The notes below the pieces were generated by a model that did no database searches, was not told the origin of the DNA, and was given only the letters and a program-made list of their open reading frames with translations. A DNA stretch of 17,045 bases from Promethearchaeota archaeon. Lineage in GTDB: Archaea > Asgardarchaeota > Lokiarchaeia > Sigyniarchaeales > SOKP01. Positions 1 to 9,356 of this stretch are shown here, piece by piece. Position numbers and translations under genes: made by a program. Position 1 is the stretch's first letter, and the number at the start of each line of letters is the position of its first letter. The stretch lies in assembly GCA_016930515.1 (NCBI GenBank), contig JAFGGO010000056.1, positions 1-17,045 on the forward strand, written 5' to 3'.

Positions 1-162
1 CTGAAATTTTGCTTTTTTTTTTTTCTTCTTTCGAGTGATGGAAACAGAAAATCTGCTTAAATTACCTTTAGAACATTTACCAAAGGTTTTAATTAAAAAA
101 TAAGACTTTATCGATCAATAATACCAAGCTTTTTCCAAAATTAAGAATTAATAAATAGTATA

Positions 163-681
163 ATGTCAGAAAATGAAATTAAAGTCGGGGATAAGGCCCC
201 AGGATTTAAGTTAGAATCTTTTAACGCTGGAATTATCGATTTACACCAATTAGTAAAAGAAAAGAAGATCGTCCTTATTTTCTCAAGATATTTTGGGTGC
301 CCTTTATGTCAGCTCGATTTGAAAATCCTCTTAGACCATTCTGAAGCTTTAGAAAAGAAAGGTGTAAGAATTATCTACATCACCCAAAGCGAAGAGAAAA
401 TAGCGAAGGAATTCATCGAACAAAAAGGAATTACTTTTCCCGTTATTCCCAGCTCGAAGGATGAACTATATAAAAACTTTGGATTGGGTCTAATGACACC
501 AGAAGCGATGAAACAAGTTAAATCCAAATTTAAAACGGCAACTGATGCGGGATTCGTGCATGGTGAATACGAAGGATGGGAAAAACAAGGGCCAGGCCAA
601 TTTGTAATCGATACTGATGGTACAATAATCCACGCAAAGAAAGGATGGCTTGATGTTGACGCAATCATAGAAGTATTGTAA
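163..681 (+). CDS. Peroxiredoxin-like (AhpC/TSA, Prx-like2) thioredoxin-fold protein, copy A
   Basis: N-terminal 'VGDKAPGFKL', FSRYFGCPLC CxxC motif and 'QGPGQFVIDTDGTI' match the AhpC/TSA / Prx-like2 pattern. About 81% identical (139/172, hand count) to 11161..11679. Confidence 0.88.
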   Translation: MSENEIKVGDKAPGFKLESFNAGIIDLHQLVKEKKIVLIFSRYFGCPLCQLDLKILLDHSEALEKKGVRIIYITQSEEKIAKEFIEQKGITFPVIPSSKDELYKNFGLGLMTPEAMKQVKSKFKTATDAGFVHGEYEGWEKQGPGQFVIDTDGTIIHAKKGWLDVDAIIEVL

Positions 682-738
682 AAATTGAGAATTCCCTGAT
701 ATTATTCATCCTAGAAAACGATTAATAATAATACTACT

Positions 739-788
739 TTAGCTTTATTAACAGGAATCACCTTTTACTATCGTGAGATCGTTTTAGA
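739..788 (+). repeat. Dispersed ~51-bp intergenic repeat, copy R1 (most degenerate)
   Basis: ttagctttattaacaggaatcaccttttactatcgtgagatcgttttaga; retains the ACAGGAATCACCTTTTAC core and TGAG.TC.TTT tail of the consensus. Confidence 0.7.
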
Positions 789-915
789 TGCAATAAAGAT
801 TAATAAACAGTTTGTTTAACTTCTCAATCCAAATTTCAGATAATAAAGAAACATTATTTCACTTTTCTCTATGATTACTTTTTATACGATCCCCTTATCT
901 GTTAATTAATTAAAA

Positions 916-2169
916 TTGATAAAAAAGAATCGTGAAATAATGACATCCAAAAATACAAAAATCTTTATAATATCTATTATAATCATGGTGACAATTAGTA
1001 TTTCTGCTGTCTTGGTCCTACAAAATCAGAATTCCAATTCTATCGTATTCCCAAAGATCGATCGCTATCCCGATCCAGCGGACTATTCCTTCATAGGAGA
1101 TAGTTTAGGACCTGAATTCCCATCATACAATCCTAATTCGAGTGAACAATGGCAAGTTAATGTTCGCAGTTGCGATCTATCTGGATATAATTTGAGTGAT
1201 CGAGAATACGACTTAATGCATGCAAATTTTGATAATAAAACGGTTTGGCCAGAAATCCTTCCTGAAGCTTTCAATCCTGAAGAAATCATGGAATTGGGAA
1301 AAAATCCTGGGTTTGATTCGCGAACATTGCATCAGCAAGGAATAACAGGAAAGGGAGTTGGAATTGCGATCATCGATCAATGCTTGCTTGTAAATCATCA
1401 GGAATATTACGATAGAGTCAAGTTATACGAAGAAGTTGGCATAGGTAATGTCATTGCGTCAATGCACGGCTGTGCTTTAGCGTCGATAGCCGCAGGAGAA
1501 ACGGTCGGAATTGCTCCGGAAGCAGATTTATATTTTATGGCCGTTCAATTTTGGGAAACGGTTGAGAATGGCGGTGAATACACCACGATTTACGATTATA
1601 AGCATGTTGCGAGGGCAATTGACAGGATCTTGGAAATCAATAAGGTTTTACCAGAAGATCGCAAGATTCGGGTTATTTGCGTCGCTAAAGGCTGGAGTTC
1701 TGGCGAAATGGGATATGATGAAGTCGAAGCATCTATCAGGAAAGCGATGAAACAAGGAATCTTTTTCGTTAATTCCAATTTAGATAGACATTATCAATAT
1801 CCGTTCCACGGATTGGGGCGTCATCCCTTAAGCGATCCGAATAATTTCACGGAATATGAAGCGGGTTTATGGTGGCAAAACGCTCTAGCTAATGTTCCAG
1901 GTCGAGTTTTGGTCCCGATGGATTCCAGAACGACGGCAAGTCCAACAGGAATTGGCGATTACGTCTTTTATCGAGCAGGAGGATGGAGCTGGGCAATCCC
2001 GTACATCGCAGGAGCCTATGCTTTAGCCTGTCAAGTAGATCCAGCGATCACTCCCGCAAGATTTTTAGAGATCGCAATTGAAACGGGAGTACCGTTATTT
2101 TATCAAGGATATAACATTGGCAAGATAATCAATCCAAATCATATAATTGTATCAATACAAATTCCATAA
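916..2169 (+). CDS. Membrane-anchored or secreted S8 (subtilisin-like) serine peptidase, copy A
   Basis: N-terminal hydrophobic segment; GITGKGVGIAIID (Asp), MHG (His), GIAPEA and GGWSWAIP (Ser, variant of GTS.A.P). The true start may be the ATG at 940. Confidence 0.9.
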   Translation: MIKKNREIMTSKNTKIFIISIIIMVTISISAVLVLQNQNSNSIVFPKIDRYPDPADYSFIGDSLGPEFPSYNPNSSEQWQVNVRSCDLSGYNLSDREYDLMHANFDNKTVWPEILPEAFNPEEIMELGKNPGFDSRTLHQQGITGKGVGIAIIDQCLLVNHQEYYDRVKLYEEVGIGNVIASMHGCALASIAAGETVGIAPEADLYFMAVQFWETVENGGEYTTIYDYKHVARAIDRILEINKVLPEDRKIRVICVAKGWSSGEMGYDEVEASIRKAMKQGIFFVNSNLDRHYQYPFHGLGRHPLSDPNNFTEYEAGLWWQNALANVPGRVLVPMDSRTTASPTGIGDYVFYRAGGWSWAIPYIAGAYALACQVDPAITPARFLEIAIETGVPLFYQGYNIGKIINPNHIIVSIQIP

Positions 2170-2352
2170 TAAAACGAGAAAATTACCTAAAATTATTTAA
2201 CATCTTTTTATATTATTACAAAAAAGAGCTAAATCAATCTAAGATATTCACTTTTGATATGAAAGATTAAAATTGAATAAATATTTTCAACCATATCTTT
2301 CCTATTTTTAAGATAAGCACGACAAATAAAAAAATATATATAGGGTAATTGA

Positions 2353-2988
2353 ATGACAGCACAAGAACCAGATAGATTTTATTACCATGATCAGCACCTG
2401 GATCTTGTAGGAATCAGGGGTAATGATTTACCCATTCCAAGTGATTTTGGAATAGAAACCCATAGTAATGCCACGAATTGCTGGCGCGGATATGTAATGA
2501 GATATAAAATCGTTAGAAACAAATTGATCTTGGAAGGGTTTTGGTTCAATTCAAAAAGCGATAATCTTCCTGAAATTAACGGTTTAGGGCCCGTAAAAAC
2601 ATCAGAAATAAAATTTGAATCCATAATAACTTCTGAAGACTGGTTAAATCGTTCTTTTCAATACGAATATCGAAACCTTAATAAGATAATTCATTTTAAC
2701 GGGAGTCTTTGGTTAGGAAAGGATTTTATTCAATCAGAATACGTGCACATGGGTTTTCAAAGTCCCACTGCCTATAAAACCGTGCTTAAATTCGATTTTA
2801 AAGAAGGAATTATCGTAAGAGTTGAAGACAAATCCAAACAGGCTAATTCAGCTCGAGAAAGTGGCACTTGCAAGGAACCACAACCAGAATCAATGAAATC
2901 TGAGGATCTTGAAAAATGGATAGCAAAACGCTTCTCTTTAGATATTGATTTCTATAAAAAGAGGCAAAATGGGGAAAACGATAACTAA
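2353..2988 (+). CDS. Hypothetical protein (MTAQ.PD / T.CWRGY motifs)
   Basis: 211-aa ORF with normal globular composition; motifs MTAQEPD, TNCWRGYV and YVHMGFQS resemble a widespread uncharacterised family (from recall, not searched). Confidence 0.75.
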   Translation: MTAQEPDRFYYHDQHLDLVGIRGNDLPIPSDFGIETHSNATNCWRGYVMRYKIVRNKLILEGFWFNSKSDNLPEINGLGPVKTSEIKFESIITSEDWLNRSFQYEYRNLNKIIHFNGSLWLGKDFIQSEYVHMGFQSPTAYKTVLKFDFKEGIIVRVEDKSKQANSARESGTCKEPQPESMKSEDLEKWIAKRFSLDIDFYKKRQNGENDN

Positions 2989-3112
2989 AAACATGTCAAT
3001 ATCAGAATTTCCTTCCAAATCCAGAATATATTATCAATCCAATTAAAAAAATGGTTATCACCAACGAATCAACGAATAATTCAAGATTAACTTTTTTATT
3101 CTTGACTTGGTT

Positions 3113-3163
3113 TTGGTCTTGTTGATTGGAGTCACCGTTTACCCTTCTCAAATTCACTAAAGG
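3113..3163 (+). repeat. Dispersed ~51-bp repeat, copy R2
   Basis: ttggtcttgttgattggagtcaccgtttacccttctcaaattcactaaagg. Confidence 0.9.
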
Positions 3164-3194
3164 CTTGAGATAATAAAAGCATTAAAAAAAGCAA

Positions 3195-3533
3195 TTAGTC
3201 CCAAATAATTGATGCCGCACTGGCGATTTCGGTATCATTAGTTAAAATTGCCCTTGCGTTATAGCAACGATACAACGAAATTATCATCCTATCGTGGAGT
3301 TCCGGAACGGTCAATCCAGTAAAAATACGCCACGCGGGCATATCTAAATCAATTAATTCAAAGATCTCTCCATTCTCTAGTATTAAAAATATTAAATCGA
3401 TTTTTTCAATAGGAACATTCTTTCCAAAGATCTCCCTGCCTTTATAAATGGTATAGAGCGTTTCACCTAACGCAATTGAAGGTAATAGGAGTTTAGATTG
3501 CTTATTTTTGGCATCCTTGAATATCTTATCTGT
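3195..3533 (-). pseudogene. 5'-truncated PIN-domain (VapC-like) toxin, copy A (absent from the ORF track)
   Basis: Minus-strand translation TDKIFKDAKNKQSKLLLPSIALGETLYTIYKGREIF...PELHDRMII...ILTNDTEIASAASIIWD*; about 74% identical to PIN copy B over the last 84 aa. The N-terminal 'YVVD' motif is replaced by transposase sequence. Confidence 0.88.
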
Positions 3534-4856
3534 TTGTAAGCGGTCAGCGCTTTCAAGAGCACTAAGATGTAAATCAAGGATCGATGTCGAATCGCAGCGT
3601 CCATCCCACGGGTATTCATCCGATAGGCGTTATAATACATGTTATTGTATGAGTTTCCTTGCTCAATCATGGGTCGAAAACCATAAATCTTCAGGAACAG
3701 CTCGTCTGACCATTCTTTAGGAATGAAATCAGAATTAAAATAAAAGTCTTTTTTTAATTCCCTTATGGGGTGGGTTTTAAGGTTTTTCCTTGCCCGAATG
3801 ATGGGTACTAGCCCTTGATGCTGCATGGTTTTCATGGTTTGTAGAGAATATGGTCCGGAATCGGCAACGACAATCTTCCATTCGTAGTGTGTTGTTTGAA
3901 AAAATGCGGTCATGGTCTCTCTAAACGCAAGAATATCGTTCCGATTTCCAGCAAACATTTTAAAATACACGGATAACCAGCGACCAGCGATTAAAACAAT
4001 GAGCATGTAAAATGCCGGGATCGTAACCCACTCCTTTTTTTATTCCATTATGGCGGCAATAACCCGCATCGGGATCGTTATATTTAATGTTCCCCTTCTT
4101 TTTATTATTATTACAATTGGACTTAACGAACTGACCATCCCAAATCAGAATTTTTGGAACGATTATCCCATAAACCACGCATTCCTTTACCAATAATTGG
4201 AAGAACTCAAACAGGGCTGTTGCAGGAATTCGCGTTAAAACGTGACTAAGATCAGAGGCGTTGGGAAAGAACTCGTAGTCGTGTGTTACAGCATCTAACG
4301 GAGGGCATCTTATGAACTTGCTCATCTTCTCAATTCCCTTGTAATTCTTAAAGCCCAAGTTGATTCGAAGTAATTCGTACGCAATCACGTCTTCAATAAA
4401 CATGTTCTTAAACGAGACCCCTTCGTCCTCTAAAGTCCCCTGTAAGTCTTGGAAATAACTAAGATCGTTAAATTCAAACAAGTTCTCAAGAAATCCATCA
4501 AGTCCTTTAAGATATCGATGCATGTCCCATTCCATTTTAGAGATCGAATAGATACCGTGATCCTCAAAACGAGGGATTTTAACCCTTGGAAACCGATAAA
4601 TGTAATGCCCTCGCCTTTTGGGAAGCCAATTGATAAATTCTGGAATCCTTTTTTGAGATTTAGGCGGCGTGCTGTTGTTCTTTTTAACGTGCTTCCCCCA
4701 AACAGGATGAATCGAAATCCATCGAAATTTCTTTCGAGCGATCCTGTAATCTCGGGGAACGCTCATACCGTACCGCTCAACTGATCTCTTACCAATAAAG
4801 TCCGTCAATTGAGTCTGAAAAATACTGGGCAAGTCTTTATAGAGAATAATTATCAT
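3534..4856 (-). mobile_element. IS4/IS5-superfamily (DDE_Tnp_1-like) transposase pseudogene; frameshifted and 3'-truncated
   Basis: DDE motifs ILIWDGQ, DPDAG, VVADSG and a YREK-like YGFRPMIEQGN, split over ORFs 3960..4856 and 3467..4006. The frameshift is a 7-bp tandem duplication at 3977..3990. The C-terminus runs directly into PIN sequence at ~3533. No terminal inverted repeats found. Confidence 0.85.
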
Positions 4857-5160
4857 GGTGCGTCATTTTAGAGATCTATAATAAAGTATTAGTTAATCGC
4901 TTATTTATTTCTTTTGGTTAGGAATGAGAACTTAAGAGGGGCTTTTATTTATAAGATTCTCAAATTACTTGTTATTGTTCACGATAATTAAGAACCATTG
5001 TTTTAGCGGGTCATTTTCCTCCAGAAAAGATTTTTAAATTGTCGTCTTAGATGCCACGATATGATTCTCATAAGCACGGAATCGTTATAAAGGAAGTAAT
5101 TAATACGAGAATAAGGAAAAAAAAAGATTAAGATTTAAAATTTACTCAATTAGGAATTTT

Positions 5161-7137
5161 TTATTCATAATATCGATCTTCTGGTATTAAATTGGTACTA
5201 AAAGCGTTGTATCCTCCTAAATGTCTTCTGTCTTGACCAGAAGTAGTTCTAGTGAAAGTATGAGATAAAAGCATTGTATCTCCGGTTATTGAAAGTAAAC
5301 TCTGCGATGCTGAGAAATCAAATGCCATAGGAACACCCTTAATATTCAAAGAACCTTGCCCGCTAAATTTTAATTCAGAATGAGTTGAAAATTCCTTGCT
5401 CTCTTGCCAATCAATGTTATAATTATCATCAGGATCTGTTAAAGTAACTTTCTTTGGATTGTTTGTACCATCCATTTTATAAGCAACTTTAGCAGTTAAA
5501 GGCGATTCAAAAGGCTTTAATCCTATGGGATATCTTCTTGTATATTTGTCAGAAAAGCTCATATATTGAAATGCCATTGCATCAATATATTGTGTTGAAA
5601 ATGCACCATCAAACCAAAGATCAATATAACCACAAATATGTACGAACTCCAATTTTAGGTATACAACCACGGATTCTCCTCCCGAGGCAGTTACATCCCA
5701 AGTTTCAGATATGGTAGTAGTATGCCTTGTTGAAGATCCCGAAGCATAGTTTACTCCTAGATATGATTTTTCTCCCCCTAGTTTATAACCCATACTAATA
5801 TCCGAAGAGAATGTTGTGTCAATGGAATTAGAGTGTTTAAGTAAGAATCGATGCTCGTAATAATCTTCGCTTTCAATTAAAATCAGTGGTACATATGTAT
5901 CTATCCATTCAAATTTAAGTTTGTTGTTTCGATATACCCAATCAGGATAAATTGAATCTGTTAGTAATTTTATTTCGTTTACTATTGTTCGTGGTGAAGA
6001 AGGTAGAGAAGAAAAAACCATATCATAATACGTCATGCCATCTGACTGAGATCTTGCTATAATACTTATTCCGATATTACCAGTCAATTCTATTGAATCT
6101 ACAGGAACCCCCAGAATACCTTCGCTAATTTCTCTATCTGGTACAAAAAAAGGTGCTATTTTTGATTTATATATATTTCCAGATGAGTCATATCCCGTTA
6201 GTTGTATATCCCAGAATGCATCTTCAAGAAGAGCGGCATTAAGAAGCCCTCCTGGTAGGATTGCGTCGTTATTAACCGCCCCCCAAGGATATTCCCTTAA
6301 TTCGTAATCAATGTTGGAGAGCGAGGGAATTCCTGCCGCAGTCTCATATTTAACCTCTATATTCATATTAGAGTCGTATGATACACTCGCTTTATTCGGA
6401 GATAGGAGGTGAATTGGGTAATTAGATTCGTAGATGGCTTCCACGGTTGCTACATCGACTCGCATTTCCATTTTAGGGGGCCATTGTACATAATATGTCC
6501 ACCATAAAAACTGTATTGGTTGCATCCAGTGTTGCGCCCATGTGTAGACCATTACTGCACATTGTCCGTATTCATTTACATATTCGGTAAGGTCCGATTC
6601 TTCGTAATCAGAGCTGTCAAATTGGAAAGAAAGATACGAACTGAAGCTTTGTACATTGTCTTCCAACATTTCCCAAGATTCCTCTTTGAAGTTCCTGAGT
6701 TGAATGTCCACATGTCCTGTTGGATTTCCCAAATATGCCCACAATCGGAAATTGATCACTATATCCGATAGTGTTAAATCTTCGTACGGTCCCACGACAT
6801 CAAAATAATAGATATCGACCACTTCGAATCCGTCTACACCTAACCATGCGTGGTATCTATAGTGGTTAACGTTACCGTCAGCAGCGCTAGCCCAACCTGA
6901 AGGAAGCGTTGGATCGAAGTTATCTTGACCTTCCCTTATATAATCTTTTAAATAAAAGGTGTGAGGTTTTCCTAACGGTACTTGTGGTCCTTGAGAATAG
7001 TAGTATGTTGTAGCACTCGTTTTTACCTGTGTTTTTTCACTTAATATCGTGGTATCTTTAAAACCTAAAGTACTAAACGATAAGATCAATCCAAAAATGA
7101 CAAAAAGTGTAAAAATTGTTTTATTTATTTTTTTCAT
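5161..7137 (-). CDS. Secreted multidomain hypothetical protein (signal peptide; N-terminal domain paralogous to 13225..13989; Ig-like segment; Ser/Thr-rich beta C-terminus)
   Basis: 658-aa ORF; MKK followed by a hydrophobic signal; 'IHLLSPN...WDIQLTGYDSSGN' resembles an Ig-like domain; minus-strand T-tract downstream at ~5117..5125. Confidence 0.85.
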   Translation of the reverse strand: MKKINKTIFTLFVIFGLILSFSTLGFKDTTILSEKTQVKTSATTYYYSQGPQVPLGKPHTFYLKDYIREGQDNFDPTLPSGWASAADGNVNHYRYHAWLGVDGFEVVDIYYFDVVGPYEDLTLSDIVINFRLWAYLGNPTGHVDIQLRNFKEESWEMLEDNVQSFSSYLSFQFDSSDYEESDLTEYVNEYGQCAVMVYTWAQHWMQPIQFLWWTYYVQWPPKMEMRVDVATVEAIYESNYPIHLLSPNKASVSYDSNMNIEVKYETAAGIPSLSNIDYELREYPWGAVNNDAILPGGLLNAALLEDAFWDIQLTGYDSSGNIYKSKIAPFFVPDREISEGILGVPVDSIELTGNIGISIIARSQSDGMTYYDMVFSSLPSSPRTIVNEIKLLTDSIYPDWVYRNNKLKFEWIDTYVPLILIESEDYYEHRFLLKHSNSIDTTFSSDISMGYKLGGEKSYLGVNYASGSSTRHTTTISETWDVTASGGESVVVYLKLEFVHICGYIDLWFDGAFSTQYIDAMAFQYMSFSDKYTRRYPIGLKPFESPLTAKVAYKMDGTNNPKKVTLTDPDDNYNIDWQESKEFSTHSELKFSGQGSLNIKGVPMAFDFSASQSLLSITGDTMLLSHTFTRTTSGQDRRHLGGYNAFSTNLIPEDRYYE

Positions 7138-7164
7138 TTTTCTTCAATTTTCAAAGATTTTTGG

Positions 7165-7243
7165 CTCGTTTATCGATGTAAACGAGTCATGTTTAAACCA
7201 GATAAATCAGCATATAAAGGTAGTTGGTACAAAAGGGAATGAT
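7165..7243 (-). promoter_or_regulatory. Putative TATA promoter with a CTCGTTTA/TAAACGAG inverted repeat, upstream of the 658-aa gene
   Basis: Minus-strand TTTATATG at 7218..7211 and an 8-bp perfect inverted repeat at 7165..7186; the same block is conserved at 14008..14086. Confidence 0.65.
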
Positions 7244-7543
7244 CAAATTCTCAGTTTCCCTATTTACTCGAGATTTGAACGCAATTCTTCTCTGTTTCGT
7301 TTTAAATACGGCATTATGGAGATCTCTAATCATGAGATTAACACTTTATGGAAAACAATTAAATATTTAAATTCAATGTTTTCAATACGAAAAGAAAATT
7401 ATTTCAAATGTGTAGGATTTTAACCTAGGTTAATTCTTGTCAGTGATCTAATAAATAGGATAAATATCAAATTTAATTCTCTTTTTTTTTATTACTTCTT
7501 ATTTGTGTCAGAAGGGAATATGTGGCTCATTTTTGACCTATCT

Positions 7544-7594
7544 TTGGTCTTGTTGAAAGGGTTCACCTTTTATCCTGCTTTAGCTCAATTTATG
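7544..7594 (+). repeat. Dispersed ~51-bp repeat, copy R3
   Basis: ttggtcttgttgaaagggttcaccttttatcctgctttagctcaatttatg. Confidence 0.9.
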
Positions 7595-7825
7595 ATGATT
7601 TGAGGCGTATCGGCACGATATAACCAAGTCAATGATGCAATCTTTTTTGTGCGGGCAGGGTTCGTTTGTTAATATTTGAAAAATAAAGTATCTTGGGGCG
7701 AATAGATCTTAATTACCTGAACAGTAACTCAAAAACCTTAACATTCGTTCCAAGCGATTTTATATTGAAAAGATGATTAACATATAATACCTTTATACTT
7801 TTTTGTATAGAGTGTATTTAACGAA

Positions 7826-9169
7826 ATGGTTAAAATGAAATTTGTAAGAAAAAAGAAAGCAAAATTAGCACTCCTGAGCCTCTTTCTTGGATTATCCATT
7901 ATGTGCGGGACCGTGCGGTCCATCGTGGCAAGCAGTCCTGAAACAACAGTCATTGACGAACAATCCAATGTCATAGAAGAACAACCCGTCGACATAGACA
8001 TTTCTCAAGTCCCCAATCCCTGGAACTTAGACCCTTGGGATCTTCTCATCATTTACTCAAATCCTTGGGCCGATTTTGACGGCGACATGGCTGTTAATTG
8101 CTTGGAGGTATTATATGGAACGAATCCTGTAGATCGCGATTCGGACGGTGATGGAATGTGGGACGGGTACGAGATCTACGCCTGGAAGCAAGGTGGCTGG
8201 CAAAACCCCGTGGTGTACAACGAGCGTTATGCCGTATTACTCGCTGGCGGACTTAATAATAAACCAGAATTTTGGAATGAAATGGTTCGAATGTACGACA
8301 CACTAGTAAAAGGGTACAATTACAAGCCCGAAAACATCTGGGTGCTCTACGCGGATGGCAATCCTCCTAACGAAGATAATTTCGATCCAATCTCGAACTG
8401 GGATCTATCTTGGATTCTGAAGGATTCAGTTGAAACGCACGGAGAAATGATCAAGACCATGAGACCCGCAACCCCATTGAGCGTTTTTTTAAGTCTAACT
8501 GACCTTAGCAACAGGCTCACATCCGACGATTCCTTGTTCTTTTGGGTACACAATCACGGAGAAGGGGAACCTACCGCACCTAATGCTTCTATTTACCTCT
8601 GGGGAGAAGATGCATTCTTAACTGACGCAGAGTTAACGAGCTATTTCTTGAACGCTGAATTCGCTCAAGCAACTTTCGTCTTAGGTCAATGTTTCTCAGG
8701 AGGATTTTTAGATCCTTCTCTCTTAAGAGGAGGCGTTGATCCCTTGAGAGTTCATCCAGATGATTCAGACGATTATCTCAACCTTAACGACTTGGCACCA
8801 GACGGTACGAAAAACGTGATCGTGATGACTTCTCAAGACTGGTGTGAAACAGAATGTGATTATGATACTAAAGATTTCTTTATATATCCTTTTCGAAACA
8901 TGATCACTCCATATTGGTATGTCAATTGGTTGGATGAATTTAAACTTTATCCTAATGAATGGTTGAAAGGTGAATGGATTCTTGGTGTTTATGAAATAAG
9001 TTACGAATACTTGATGACTTTTCGAGCAGAATACTATCATAGGATAGATCCTGATGGCGTGGTCTCGATGTTAGAAGCGTTTTTTGGAGTATGGTTGCAA
9101 CATTATAATGCGGAAAATTATCAATATTGGGAGTCCGTTCCTGGCTTGGGCGCGAGAACTTACTTGTAA
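7826..9169 (+). CDS. Secreted clan CD cysteine peptidase (C13/legumain- or caspase-like) with TSP3-like Ca-binding motifs
   Basis: Signal peptide; DFDGD...GTNP.D.DSDGDG.WDG.E acidic repeat; RYAVLLAGG, DSLFFWVHNHG (His-Gly) and FVLGQCFSGGF (catalytic Cys) are typical of clan CD. Confidence 0.85.
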   Translation: MVKMKFVRKKKAKLALLSLFLGLSIMCGTVRSIVASSPETTVIDEQSNVIEEQPVDIDISQVPNPWNLDPWDLLIIYSNPWADFDGDMAVNCLEVLYGTNPVDRDSDGDGMWDGYEIYAWKQGGWQNPVVYNERYAVLLAGGLNNKPEFWNEMVRMYDTLVKGYNYKPENIWVLYADGNPPNEDNFDPISNWDLSWILKDSVETHGEMIKTMRPATPLSVFLSLTDLSNRLTSDDSLFFWVHNHGEGEPTAPNASIYLWGEDAFLTDAELTSYFLNAEFAQATFVLGQCFSGGFLDPSLLRGGVDPLRVHPDDSDDYLNLNDLAPDGTKNVIVMTSQDWCETECDYDTKDFFIYPFRNMITPYWYVNWLDEFKLYPNEWLKGEWILGVYEISYEYLMTFRAEYYHRIDPDGVVSMLEAFFGVWLQHYNAENYQYWESVPGLGARTYL

Positions 9170-9356
9170 TCTTAAATTATCCAACTTCTTTTTTTCTTCA
9201 ATTCTTATTGTTGCATGCTTGCTTTGATGAAATTTCGCCTGAAATCTTGCTCTCGTCTTCCAAATTTAGACGATATTTCACATTTCTCCATAATTCTTTT
9301 ATATAAGACCCATAAAGTTATTATTTATACTTAACAAAAAAAGAAACCGTGGTATT

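Noticed and set aside
3960-4006. Programmed ribosomal frameshift in the transposase
   Set aside because: Fully explained by a 7-bp tandem duplication, with no slippery sequence.
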